DNA of 64,000 nucleotides from Eledone cirrhosa (GCA_964016885.1 OZ024740.1:164858001-164922000); one strand, 5' to 3'. Positions 13,801 to 27,414 are shown, numbered from the stretch's first letter. Notes: generated by a model not told the origin, from the sequence alone. Numbers and translations are program-made.

Positions 13801-15262
13801 CACTATCATTGTTCAATTCATCTACCACTAAGTTTAGGATATCAACCAAATCTTGTCCTAGCCCGTCAGCATTCATCTCCTCAATGGCCGTATCTCTGTT
13901 CCAGGTATTATTTATTTCAGCATTCAGATTATTTTCTGCTTCGGATGGTTCCTCCGTTCTCTCAACCTCTTCACCTTCATTTCCCACTGGCTCGTTTGCC
14001 TGGCATACTCCACCCTCCATTTCCAACACAATCTCTCTGCTCAGTTCCTCCAGTTCCAGCTCGCTTATCCACCCATTAGCTCTTATTATCCGAGCCTGCC
14101 CGGCCAATTTTTGTTCATCTAATTTAAATAGACCAATCTCGTTCCAGATGTTATGCATCCGTTTCCTATAGCCTTTCTCCTTGGGGTTACTCTTCAGGTA
14201 ACATTGCATAACAGTTCTATTCAATTCTTTCGTCCAGTTGGTTCTGATCCCTTTCCTTCTTCTTCTTCCTCCGACACCAGCAGTATTTGATTGACAGCCA
14301 GGTCTCTGCTGCTGAGCCAGGGAGCACCTTCTGGGTGAGAGTCTGTCACATGACATACCAGTCTCAACTTCACCGTTATTCGAACTGTTTAGGTTCGACA
14401 TTTAAACACTGTTATCGAGGATTGGTGAATGTATGGTTCATTAACCACAGGTGATTTCATCACCTCCAGTGATTTAATCACCCCCGGTGATTTTAGTGTG
14501 GCACTATCACGCTGTAGACGAACATAAATAAACAAACAAATAGGTAACAAAAAAAAAAATGAATAAGTTTCATTGTAATGTAATGTTTGAATGTCTGACT
14601 TATTTTTCTTTCCTTCTCCGTCTGTCTGCTTGTTTTTCTTTTCATTTTTCTTTTCTTTACGTTTTTCGTTGTTGCTGTGCTGTTTTGATTTTGATTTTGA
14701 TTTTTGTTTTTTTGATTTTTTGACCGGGTCATCAAATCAGTCTATTTATATCTTTTGATTCCTTCCTCTTTTAGTGAGGACACTACGATGCATGTCTTAG
14801 CAGGAGGTATTGGGAGAGAATAGCGGCGGTAGCGATAATGAGGCAGTGGTGGTGGTGATGTGATCGTAGTACTGTAGTGATGGTGTTGAAGTTGAAGTAG
14901 AAATAGAAGTTGAGGTAGCTTGACTAGAGTTTTTGGCGTGGTAGTGGTGATGGTGGCGGGGGTGGTCTTGGTGGTGAAATTATTTGCCTGTCTGTCCACT
15001 TAGCCATTTAGCTATTTAGCCATTTTGCCATTTTCCTCTTTTTCGACTATAACATTTCTGATCCAAAATTAAATATTAAATATTGGGGCCCTATGCCTTA
15101 AAGTGATGCGTTATGTCTTGCTGAGTGTAAAAAGACTGTAATCTTATACGTCATTTGTAATAAGAATTATTCTATCACAGTTGTTTTAAATAAGTAAAAA
15201 TCAAAAACTTACGGGAGCGATTCCATAACGATATATATCCACCATGTGCGTTTTCTTCCCTT
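10900..15262 (-). mobile_element. Apparently full-length R4/Dong-clade RLE retrotransposon #2 (different family), head-to-tail with #1
   Basis: Bounded by TTA tracts 10871-10899 and 15263-15308; single long ORF plus ~0.85 kb 5' region. Confidence 0.85.
10980..14401 (-). pseudogene. RT + CCHC + RLE ORF of element #2 (one frame, five nonsense codons)
   Basis: ORF pieces 14401, 13165, 12904, 12055 and 11629 are all in frame. Motifs: [81 protein letters not shown]. Confidence 0.95.
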
Positions 15263-15269
15263 TATTATT

Positions 15270-15308
<39 letters not shown>

Positions 15309-15525
15309 GGCGACCTACGTAGTAAATCGTATCATCGTGAGCTCCGCAAAGGTTTGTTATTTTCAGTTATTTAAAATTGCCATTTATGGAAAATATTTAT
15401 TGTTAACTATATATAAGTGCACATACATTGATTTCTGAAAAGGACACTCAAAAATATTGGGGCCCTGAGCCCAAAATTTAAACTTTTTTATAATTATCAA
15501 ACAAAAATGTTTTCTTTGAAAAATA

Positions 15526-17302
15526 GTGGATGACTCAGATTCACTCCTTCCTCACAATCCAACACCTCACACCGACACCACCATTGTAAACATTGCTACG
15601 TTTGCCAACACTGGAATTGTAAGCAGTAGCAATATTTTAAATTTGTCTCAGGCAGACGTTCATTTCCCGCCATTACCAATGACTGCAGGTGTTAAAGCCG
15701 CCACTAGCACCACCACCACCGCCACAACCCCCCCCCCCCCCCCACCACCACCACAGCGACAAAAGAAACAAAAGAAAAAAATAAATTAACTCATGATATC
15801 GAAATGAATTCAACCAAAATGAACTTTTCCACACCAAACACCACTGACGCCACCACCACCACAACTGAAACTAAAATTAACAATAGCAAAAATAACGATA
15901 ATAACAACAGCAACAATGAAATTCAGAAGCAAAAACGTGCGAAGCGATCCAGGTAACTCTGGAAGAATTAGACGAAGCCAAAGGAATGGTAAAGAAAGAT
16001 GGGTACAGGGTCAGCCTCACCCCACCACCTAATAAAATGGAGCAACGTCGTCTATGCAGCGTGTCTTATCGGACAATAAACATAAAATCGCGCCGAGTGG
16101 AACGGGCATCTGAGTCCCAAATCCAAAAAGCTTTGGGACATGTGTGGGCAAAAAAACCCACATCAGATATGGGCAGAAGTATGGAACCGTGGACGTGTTC
16201 TTTGAAACACCACAGGAGGCAGAGAACACTCCATGGCCCCATTAAGAAGTGACGACTTCACACTCATCCCAAGCTATTGTGGCCAGAGACTTGTGAAGAT
16301 TAGGGTGACCCACGTTCCACCGGCCATCGAAATTCCCTGGCTAATGGCTGCCGTCCTCGCCGGCATCGAGGCCAACACCAAAATAATAGAAATAGCAAAA
16401 AAAAAAAGCAGGAGAACTGGTCCGGATCTGGGATGGCGCTCCTGATCCAAGCGGACCATAAAAGCATTGAGAAGGTCCCAGAAGTAATAGACCTCACTGA
16501 CGGCAGCCACCTCACCGTAATCGTCGAGGGCAGAAGACCTAGGTGTGTCGTTTGTGGTGAAGGAAGCCACCTAAGGGCTTTCTGCTCTCAGGCTAAAAGG
16601 TTGAGGCCACCTCTCTTACCCACCCAAGTGACTCAACCATCAACACCACCAGCAGCAGAAATAGCAGCAACAACTGTAGCAGCAACAACAGAAGCAACTG
16701 TAACAGTAACAACCCCTGCAACATTAGCCAAACCAACACCACCACCACCCAACGCCCCAGAACTAGCACCAGCGCCTACACCTTCCACCACGCCACAACC
16801 CAAACCAACGCCTGTGGAGGATTTTCCACACCCCGGCTTATCGCAACTGGAGACAGATTGCGACAACGAGGAGTGGGAAACGGTATCAGGAAAAAAGAAA
16901 AAAAAAAAGAACCAAAAAAGAAAAAATTCTCTTCCTTCCCCCTCAAAAAACAAAATACAGAGGGAAACAAATAAATTATCGAACAAGAAAGTTAAGACAG
17001 ATATGCCACCATCCACACCAGCATCACCAACCCCATCACCACAAACACCAACACCACCACCACCATCACCAACACCACAAAAGTCACCAAAAATCGTAAC
17101 AGAAACAAACCCACAACAAACGCCAACAAAACAAAACAACCAAAACGATACACACTACACAGCATTAAATTTGAACAACAACCAATTATTACACGACATG
17201 CAACACAACACCAGCATCACAGAAAAAGACTACACAACAACCCCAAAATTCACACCACCTCCACACATACAAACCATCCTTCTTCTACGAGAAGTAAGGT
17301 AA
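15526..17302 (+). pseudogene. Tx1 ORF1 (gag-like, zinc knuckle, Pro/Thr-rich), frameshifted
   Basis: VIVEGRRPRCVVCGEGSHLRAFC (CX2CX4HX4C) and WETVSGKKKK basic motif. Start position approximate. Confidence 0.8.
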
Positions 17303-17336
17303 GTGGTCTTTCCCATCTTTTCCACTACATTTCAAC

Positions 17337-20300
17337 ATGACCTCACTCAGAATAGGCAGCATAAATGCGCGTGGCTTGGGGTCGTCATGTAAGAAGGGCC
17401 ACCTGCTCAACGACCTCAGGTAACTAAACATAGATGTAGTGGCCATCAGCGAGACCAGAATCTCCGAAGCACGGGCCTACGCAGCGATCTTTGGCGGCTA
17501 CGATGTGTACGCATCTCCCAGCCATCCGGGATCGGGGGAAGGAGTTGCTGTGCTTTTTCGGAGAGGTTTCGATTTCGCCATATGGGCCATCTTCCTGGAC
17601 CCAGAAGGTAAGTTGGTGGTGCTAGACGTGACCAGCGGAGACGGGCAAGCTTTCAGGCTAGTGGCCGATTTCTTCCGGCGTCTGGAGGCCTTTCTTGGAA
17701 CTTCCCGCTCTTTAGTGTTAGTGGGCGACTGGAACGGGATCTTAGATGCACGCTGGGACTGTAGGGATTAGCGTATAGGGGAGGAGGGTGCAAGAGCCTC
17801 ACCAACCTGCTCAGGCGTTTTGAACTGTCTGACAGGTACCGATTGGATTTCCCGAAAGAGCCAATGTGGACTTGGACAAATCGCATAGGGTCATCCAGAT
17901 CATATCTAGATAGAGTATTTTGTAGAGAAATAGATAGGTCTAGCATAGGCTGTCCACAATTCAAGATAGTCAGCTACACGGACCACAAATTCGCGATCTG
18001 AGTGCTTGACTTAGATAGGCTTCATAGACGAGGACCCGGCTACTGGAAGCTAAACGTGTCCTTACCAGCGCGCACGGCCTACAGAGACGGATTAGCGAAC
18101 TAGTTAAGCGGGCGTTGATGGAGGCCATCGTCAACAACAAGTGGAGGTTTGCTCTGAAAAGAGCAATTATAATAGAGTCCATTAGGTTTAGTAAGGCTTT
18201 AGCAATAGAGAAAAATAGAGCAGAGGGAGAATTAGTAAGAAAATTAGACGAGGCGTTTAGCAAAGGCATCGCGACCGACGTACTTTCGGGGAAATTGGCC
18301 CTTGACTAATTATTCAATGCAAAGCACGAAGGCTGCGTTGTCAGAGCTAGGGTGCGTGCTCTCAGACACGAGGGAACGAAAACCGTTCAATGGGCCCGAG
18401 TGGCGGAGGCGCGTCGTGGCAACAAAACCACGATCCGGTCTTTGGTGGACCACGACGGGCGCATGCCATTCGATCCCGGGCAAATGTGTGAAGCTTTTCA
18501 GCGATACTTCGCTCAGTTGTTCGGGGGAATCGGCGGGCCCGATCAAGGGATGGGTTTAGTGTCTACCTCGACGGAGTGCCGCGACACAGGCCACTGAGGC
18601 GGAATGTTGCGAAAAGCCGATAACAGCCGCTGAAGTAGGGGAGGCAATGACTAGCTGCACAAGTGGTAAGTCGCCTGGTTTGAATGGTCTGCCCTATGAA
18701 CTTTACGTACAGATGCCAGACTTGTTCGGAGGCCTCTTGGCGGATGTCTACTGCAACTGGCAATAGAACGGGAGAATTCACAGCTCTGTGAGCCGAGGAG
18801 CTGTGGCGCTGCTGAGAAAGGGTCCAAACAAGGAGGTTAATATAGATAATTTTAGGCCCATAACTCTGATAATCACAGAGTTCAAAATTTTGTCCAAGGT
18901 GCTAGCAAAGAGGTTGGCGCTTGTCGTTGGTGGTCTGGTGGGAGAGGCGCATACATGCGCCATCCAACAGGTCCATCCACGACAACCTCCACCTCATGCG
19001 ATACATCCGGTAGCTAGGGAATCTGGCACGGGTGGGTCCTTGATCAATTTAGATCAGTCGAATGCTTTCAATAGGGTCGACCATCGTTACCTAGCGGCAG
19101 TCCTGAGGGCGGCTGGCTTTGGGCCCGTCTTCAGAGGCTGGATCGCTGCCATGCACAGTGACATCTGCTCTGTGTTGAGAGTGAAGGGTCACCTTTCAGA
19201 ACCGTTCAACATCATGCGCTCGGTCCGCCAAGGATATCCCCTCTCGTCCCTCTTGTACGTATTGACTCTCGAGCAATTACTGCACACACTGGAGACGTTG
19301 AGGGGGGCCCGCGCGAACTAGGATGCGGAAGATCCGTGTCAGCATATGCGGACGATGTCACCGTAGTGGTGGCGAACGCCAAACACATCGAGGCGATCGG
19401 CACTACACTAAGAGAATACGAAGCGGTGACAGGAGCAATGATCAACCAGGAAAAGTCAGTGGGCCTGCAGCTCGGCACCTGGAGAGGCAGGTCCATGCCA
19501 TCCAACAGCGTCGTCGGGCGTTGGACGGACGGGCCAGTTAAATTGTTCGGGGTCTGGTTCGGTCCGGATCTCCAGACGGACAAAAACTGGGACGAGGTGA
19601 CGAGCAGGGTGGCTTCTCTCACCCAGAAATGGGCCGAGAGGAAGCTATCCCTGAAAGGTCGAGCGGAGGTGGCTAACCCGTACATCGCGTCCGTCATCTA
19701 CTACCGCCTGACCGTCATACCTTGTCCTAAGCCCCGCCTGACTGCGCTGGAGCGTTTGCTCTTTCGCTTTTTGTGGAAAGGACGCGCTCCGATGGTCATA
19801 CGGTCCATCCGCTGTCAACACCCGCTACGTGGAGGGCTGGGAAGGCCGTGGCTGATGATGCGCAGACACGCGCTCAGGCTACGACATCTCCACCTCTTCC
19901 TCGACGGTGATCAGGTGTGGTCTCCGTTTGCTAGACGCGTCTTTCCCCAGCTCGTCTCATTGACGGAGCTGCAGACCTGGGTCAATCGAAGACCGAGAGG
20001 GACCGCTTGGAGACAGGAATGTCTTCAGGCGCTCACAGCCCTCGACCAATCGGGCAATGTGATCGGTGGAAACTCCACCTTGGCGTTCTATAGAGGATTG
20101 GTGGAGGGGAAGAGCGACGACGTACTTGGGGAAACTCTAGGTGTCGACGAAAATCAACTAGCGAATCTCTTCGGAAGAACTTTCGGGCCGGGGCCTATGG
20201 ACAACTTCCAGAAATGCCTGGCCTGGCAGTGCTACCGATGAGCTTTGCCTGTTCGGGATAAACTCTACAGGCATGGAGGTGCCGTCAGCCGGGCATGTCC

Positions 20301-20674
20301 GAGATGCGCGCAGGGCGATGAAACCGTCCTGCACGCACTCATCCAGTGTCCGAGCATTGCTGGACGGATCCAGCTATCAGCTGAGCCCATCGTGAGGATT
20401 GCTCCGCCCTCTTCCTTTAGCCGGGAAGGGCAGGCAGTTTTTATCTGTCTGGTGGTCATGGCGAAAGAGATAGTATGGTGGACACGTTTGAAAGGGCTGA
20501 AGACGAGCACTTACCTCTTCGGTGATGCCCGGATTAACTTTTTTCAAATTTCATTTGAAAAGGAAAATCAGGGTAGAAAGCGAAGTGCTCTCTTCCCAGC
20601 ATTTTGTTGAAAGATGGGTGAGAGAGGCAAGAATGGCCCGAGTGAATCGGCCTACTCTGAGTATGTGTCTGTAA
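17337..20674 (+). pseudogene. Tx1 ORF2: APE endonuclease + RT + C-terminal Cys/His motif, disrupted
   Basis: MTSLRIGSINARGL; AISET; LVGDWN; SYLDRV; YTDH; GYWKLN; NFRPITL; SVRQGYPLS; AYADDV; CPRC...ETVLHALIQC. Confidence 0.93.
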
Positions 20675-20965
20675 ATTAAAGGTGGAAAACTGGGAGAGGG
20701 CACTTGCCCTGGTGGTCAGGGTCAATGTGGATTTTTAATGGGCTTTCTCCACGAATGTCCCTCCGAAGTCTCCCCCCTATTGGGGAATTTTTTCATTGTT
20801 CTATTATTACATCCTCTGTTTATTGTTTTTTTTACACGCAGAAATGCCCATTTGTACCGCCCTGTATTGTCCTGTACTATCCTTAATGTCTACTTTATGT
20901 AAACCCTTGTGGTTAATAAAGAAATCATTATTATTATTATTATTACTATTATTATTATTATATCC

Positions 20966-21075
20966 TCAAATCCCACCGAGGTTGACTTTGCCTTTCATCC
21001 TTACAGGGTCGATAAAATAAAGTACCAGTAATGCACTGGGTAATTGCTGGCCTTGTGCCTAAAGTAGAAACAATT

Positions 21076-21090
<15 letters not shown>
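20966..21090 (+). mobile_element. 5'-truncated SINE (family A) with ATT tail
   Basis: TCAAATCCCACCGAGGTTGACTTTGCCTTTCATCC...GCCTTGTGCCTAAAGTAGAAAC followed by (ATT)n. Confidence 0.88.
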
Positions 21091-21165
<75 letters not shown>

Positions 21166-21429
21166 GTTAAATGCGTAAAATGTTTCCTTAATATTTGTAT
21201 ATATGTGTAATAAATTTTTGTTTGTACGTTGACATGTTTCATAAATTCAGATGTAAAAGAATGATAAAATAATGGTTGAGTTATTGAAATTAAAATATAT
21301 AATATATTGGATAATTATCAGACCCATTTTATGGAAAATCGAAACATAGCTCTGAAAGTAATGTTTTGGGAATTTATATTTCTATTCCAATGTGGTAACT
21401 TTCTAATTAGTATACGCTAAATACTGTCA

Positions 21430-21645
21430 AAGACAGCGATGTGCAAAAATGCCTCAGAGTTGTAAGACCAGCTGCTAGTAGTTTGTTTAACAGAGAGAGA
21501 CAATCCACAAGATGGGTGACAGGCATATGAAATATAGAAATTACTGAAAGAGGAAGAGGACAAGGAGAAGTGTGTCGGCGCATAGAAGTGACTGGGATAA
21601 AAGAAATATTGTCCATGTGCAAGAAATGTTTACACATAAACATAT
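21430..21645 (+). mobile_element. Possible degraded piggyBac transposase C-terminal Cys-rich remnant
   Basis: Translation RGRGQGEVCRR...SMCKKCLHIN resembles the piggyBac CRD; heavily decayed. Confidence 0.3.
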
Positions 21646-23732
21646 CTTCACCCTCGCCAGCTCTCAGACCATAGTCTTAATTATTATAATCAATAATAAT
21701 TTATTATAAAATAATTGATGTTAGTTAAAACATTTCTAAAAGTTTTTCTAATGTTGTTATCAGCTAATGCTGAAATAACTATCAACCTCAATTTGGAACG
21801 AACAAAAGTCAATAACTCACTGACAGAAATCTTCCCTCCCTCTAAATAAAATTTGCAGCATTTACTTCCACTAATTGTGTTATCTAAGAAATATTTTTGC
21901 TTTGCTGAATATATAATTTCCTAGCATACATAATCGCATTTTTGGGAATATGTTTCCGAATGTATAATTGTTAGAATATACCATCTCACATTTGCGCTCA
22001 CGCAAACATATGCACTATATACGTATGCATTTTAGTGTGTTAATGTTTTTTTGTTTTTTTTGTGTGTAGTAAAATATGCAAATGTAGAATGATAGTTGTC
22101 GTGTACCAGGATGCTGCGCATGGTTGAGAAAACTATATTTTCAGACATGGCAAAAGGGAGTATCATGAAAAAAGGTACCCCAAAATGGGGAGGTTTTACA
22201 TAATGAAAGCTATACCCATTTCCACAAAAAAAAGAATGCTCTCACCCACACCAAAGTGGGTGGGAGTTCTCAGCGTCGGACGGGGAATGAAAATAACCAT
22301 AGCATACATTCCTTGTTTTCATTCCCACAGACAATCCTACATGATCTCTCGGCCCGCTAGAAACAATAGCCAAATATCCATTAAATAATCACCCTCTGTC
22401 TTAGAAATTTGAAGCATTCAATGTAATTCTGGATGTAATCCGAGATAAAGATGTGGTGGTCTTTATTTGAATGACTTTGATCTTATATATGTACGTACGT
22501 CCAATGCCGTCCTTGAGTTATGAAAAATATAACAATTTATACCGTTATGTGGTACTGTACAGTGAATAACAACTGGTCACATGACCATATCCTTAAATGT
22601 ATCGATTATTTGCAGCATGTCGAATGGTCATACAGTTTCCCAATTTGCTGATGTGCCGATCTAAGAGCAGATGTTTCACTGTTCAAATATACGTAACATA
22701 TTGGTCTTATTCACCAAGCTGGGAAAATGTATTGCAGCTTAAACATATTACGCTTCTCTAATCGATAAGGTCTCTATGTAATTGATGTAGTTTTAATTTA
22801 GAATGCTATATTGTATTGACAGTTCGTTAATTAGAGGTTTTTGTTTCAATACTTCTTCGTTGCTGCACTGGATTTTCAAGCGTTGATTCTATCACTTCAC
22901 ACATCTCTATAGCTTCTACACAGTTAAATTACCTGTTTAGAATAGTAGTCAACTTTCTTCAAATCGCATCCTATAACTGAAGAATTAAACGGCTATATTC
23001 GATGTTTACTTAGATGAAAATATCGGTCTCTCACGGCATATTCGTCTTTGATCATAGAATCCTTCAGCGAGGTCCGACCTGGTGCTAAATCTATAAAAAA
23101 AAACAAGACAAAAAAGAAAAAACACCATCAACACAGCTATATAGATGAGCCTTTGATTTCATTACTGCATAACAAAGAAATACTCATAAGTTATACACTG
23201 CAGCGTAATGCAAATAACTGCAGCTAATCTTAAACTAAAGCTATACAAAACAGAATGCTTTATTGTTAAGAATTTGCGTTAGTCTGTACCCATTTTTTGA
23301 CGTCGAACATCAATAGATGGGTCTAAAGTAGTGAAACTGTATGGAATTAGAATTTCATTGAAATCTGTTTAATCAACGATAATATTATTACTACCAATAA
23401 ACCGAAAAATGCTAGATCAGCCATATGACAAAGAAGTCAACGTGAGTGATTATTTCATATTTAAATCTACTACATCAAGATTACATTTGTTGTTGTTACT
23501 GCTGAAGGCGTGGAAAACACAATACTGAAGTGGGAGGCGGAAGGAGTAGAAGAGAACACAAGTAAGAGCATGACACAAAACAAGTGAAAATAAAAGACAA
23601 AATACAAGACAGAGAAATGCAAAATGAATGTATAATAATGTGTGTGAGTACGTGCGTATTTTATGTCTATATGTTTGTATGTATGTGTTTATATATATAT
23701 AAACATAAACATATATATATATATATATATAA

Positions 23733-23791
<59 letters not shown>

Positions 23792-23795
23792 TATG

Positions 23796-23827
<32 letters not shown>

Positions 23828-23833
23828 AACACA

Positions 23834-23876
<43 letters not shown>

Positions 23877-23882
23877 GTATAT

Positions 23883-23932
<50 letters not shown>

Positions 23933-26569
23933 GTATATATATATATATTTATATATATATATATATATATCTGTGTGTGTGTGTGAGCATGTGTTTGTGT
24001 GTATATGTCTGTGTCTGTGTAAACAACAGTAATGTAAATTAAATAATAAAATAAATGTATCAATCAATATGTATGACGCGTATTTTATTTTCATGATTTG
24101 ATCTTTTATCGTAATTTGTATTCTTCTCAAGTTAATAACTTATTAACGTAGAAATTACCATTTACCACAGATTTCCATCAAACTTCAAAACTGTTAATGT
24201 TGTCGACTTTGTTGTTTTCTTGTGGTTTTCATTTGCTCCGGGGATTGTTAAATGCTGCTGATTTTGCTGTTATTATTTTTTATATTGTTCGTTATTATTG
24301 TATTTTTTATTTTTTATTATGTATATGTTATTATAATTGATAGTAGTCTTCTGAGTGTCGCCATCGATGTCGTTAATGTTTTTGTTGTTTTTGCTGGTGA
24401 TAACTTTGAAATTTGATCATTTTTTCATAGCGTAGTGGCCTGTATATCGTCATTGCTAACAATGTTAGCATCGTTTACTTAAATTTTTTTTCCAGTGTGT
24501 TGTAGTGCTCATGTTTAGATGCCAAATATTTTATTATCATTGTTGTCGATACTAATGTTTTCTTTCTGTATTTTGAATGTTAACACTTTTTCCCATACCC
24601 TTGTAGTAAAATGCGGAGGAGTTGCAGAAGTATGAAACGTAATTGTTCTTGATAGACGTTTTCTTCCCACTATCGTTTTATTGATTAATGAATGCATTCA
24701 TTGCAAATTTCTCTTTGCCATTGCAGGTCTCTTTGTTGTCGCTGATTTTGCTGTTGTTATTGTTATAATCAGCTTTATTAAATGATGAAATAATAGGAAA
24801 CATTGATGTGATTATGTGTGCCCTGTTGCTTTGCAGAAATTGGTGAATTAAGGAAACGGAAAAGATTATTTTATTTAGAAATGTTTCTAAGAGATTTGAT
24901 CCCAGAAACCAGGAACAAATTGTCCAATAGAATACCCACGTGTTCATCCCCCTTTTAAACCACTGTGTACTATAATAGTACACAGTTTTTCTTGATTAAT
25001 CCCAGATCAGCAATTATCGCGCAAGCCAGGTAATAGTGTTCCAGGAATAGCAAATCTGTCTTTAATATTTATATATATTGGATCACGTTGCTGAATGTGC
25101 TCATGCATTTTTAAGATAAAACTCTACAATTTGAGGGAAAATTACGTACTATTTTCATAGGTTGAGCCACCAATCAGAGATTACTTCATTGCTTCATGCA
25201 TAGGGAATTTAATCATTTTTGTAATATTTTATGGAAGATTAATATGAATCGCTTTTTTCTTTACCATGATTTAAATTATTAAAGATAAGTGTGAATCTTT
25301 TGTGTTAGAAGCATACGGATGTCATAGACACATAATACTAACATGACATCCATGTACTACAACCGACGGTCAGAGCTTCAGAGTTTGGCGGGTATTTAGG
25401 CTCTACTATCTCATTGCATTTTGGCACAATTAAGTACCTCATTACAAGGTACATTTTATATAGATTCCGGAAGAATAAATGAAAAATTTAATACTGACGT
25501 GATTTGAAATCAGTAAGTAAAAACATAGCTGAAATACATATCGCAATTCATTTTGTCCGACAATCTACGGATTCTGACAATCCACTATCCAGAGGTTCAT
25601 AATAAGAATCAAATAGAAATATTAGAACCGATTTCATTGATTAATCATACACTGTAAAGTTTATAGACATATGGCAGTATTAAAAATCATTATGTGGGTA
25701 TTGTAAATATCTAACATGAAAGAAAGTATACACGCGATTAGTATCGATTTCACAATTTGTGTGGTGTTGATGCTTATGTTATCGAACTCTGTTGCAAGAA
25801 AAGTCAAGTTGACCTCAGTGAGATTATGTAATGAGATGGCACCAGATGATAGATGACATTTTTTACACTCTTGGCCGAAGATATTGCGCTAAAATCTTTT
25901 TGTGGGGACTCTTCGGAAGCGTATTTTTCTATGGCCTCCGGTCGACTGAAGCCTTGTAAATGAAGAGCGAAATTGTTTGCACGGAATCTAATTGTAATTC
26001 AAAGAAACTCACATAACTGTGACACCACCTATTCTCCATTACAGGTATATTACGAGTACGCAAATTCAATGAATACAATGAGTAGACCTTTCGGTTACTA
26101 GAACAATTTGATCACTCATCGTGGTAAGTGATGAAGAGCCATTTTATATTTGCTGTCCTCTTGTTCTTTTACACTGTGTTTTTCTCTTGCCACTTCTTAT
26201 TTGTGAAACTATTCAATTTCGTTTATTCCTTCTTCTTTTTAGTCTTTCTTGCTCTCGTTCTCCCATCCTTTATTTTATCAGGCATTCATTCATTTTTTCC
26301 TATATTTTCAACCTATCTTTCTTCTTTGATTCATTTTATGTTTGTTTTGTTTTCTTCACCATTCCCTTATTTTTCTGGTGCTACACAATAGTGAGGAAGT
26401 CATTTAATTTTGAGCGATCTCTTTTGCCATCCAGCTTTGTCGTTTCAGATGACAAACTCTGATAATGTCAACTTGGAAACAAATGACGATTGCCTACAGA
26501 TAAAACAGTTAGCCATCACTAACTACACTCGCAACAACAACAACAACAACAACTACTACTACTACTGTT

Positions 26570-26725
26570 AATAATAATAATGATTTCTACTATAGGTACA
26601 AGGCCAGGAATTTTTGAGGAGGGGAAAGTCGATTAAATCCCCCTCAGTGCATTACTGGTATTTTATTTTATCGACCCTCTAAGGATGAAAGGCAAAGCTA
26701 ACCTCGGCGGGATTTGCACTCATAA
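26570..26725 (-). mobile_element. SINE family A-related copy, 3' part
   Basis: Reverse complement of GAGTGCAAATCCCGCCGAGGTTAGCTTTGCCTTTCATCCTTAGAGGGTCGATAAAATAAAATACCAG...GGCCTTGTACCTATAGTAGAAA. Confidence 0.8.
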
Positions 26726-27004
26726 CGTAAAGGGAAATAACTCTATGTTGCAAAGCGTGATGGCTGACGCTGCAGCGACAACATCTGTTCAAATGTTCAG
26801 GAATGGTTGAAAATAACGAAGTCAGCTGACATATTTGCACCATTAGGACCCGGTAAACCAATTTGTGTGTGCAGAGGTTCTCGGAAACAGTTGCACTCTT
26901 TTTTTTAAATAGAACTTTTTCCTTACACAAGAATTATTGTTTCTTTAGAATTGAATACTCGCATGCATTCCTTTCGCGTTTTTATCACTTTGACATGTCA
27001 CATA

Positions 27005-27083
27005 TGATTTTCTTCGTACATACACCCGTACGTATCATATACACGTAACATATACACGTATGGATGTATGTACGAAGAAAATC
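27005..27083. repeat. Inverted repeat, ~29-bp arms
   Basis: TGATTTTCTTCGTACATACACCCGTACGT / ACGTATGGATGTATGTACGAAGAAAATCA; the centre contains CATATACACGTA twice. Confidence 0.85.
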
Positions 27084-27414
27084 ACATTTAACATTTAACA
27101 TGTAATATGTTACCTATACCTGAAGTTCCTTTAACGTTTGATTGCTGCTTTCTGTTTGTACTGCCTTTATAACATTTCTCCGGCAAATGTGCTCCAAGAA
27201 TATTTATGAAACAATCCTTTTAAGAATCAATGTTTATAGTTTTACAGTTAAGAAAACAAGCAATTAATCCATGTAGAATATAATTCAGATGTTTGCCTTT
27301 AATGTGTAATTGCTTGCTAACACTTGTCTATGATGTCATTAAAATTATGGAAAACTTTCTGGGAGGAAAAAGAAGACGAGGAACACAGGAATAATAATAA
27401 GAATAACACAGAGG

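Larger units (their letters stand above)
15309..20926 (+). mobile_element. Apparently full-length Tx1-type (L1 clade) non-LTR retrotransposon #1 in (TTA)n
   Basis: ORF1 + ORF2 layout; 3' end AATAAAGAAATC followed by (ATT)n; 5' end directly after the TTA tract. Confidence 0.88.

Noticed and set aside
14448-14493. CRISPR-like array
   Set aside because: Only about 2.5 short units, no spacers, and a eukaryotic retrotransposon context.
24678-25055. Chemotactile receptor or Cys-loop channel exon
   Set aside because: Only a vague hydrophobic/Trp pattern, in-frame stops upstream and no Cys-loop motif.
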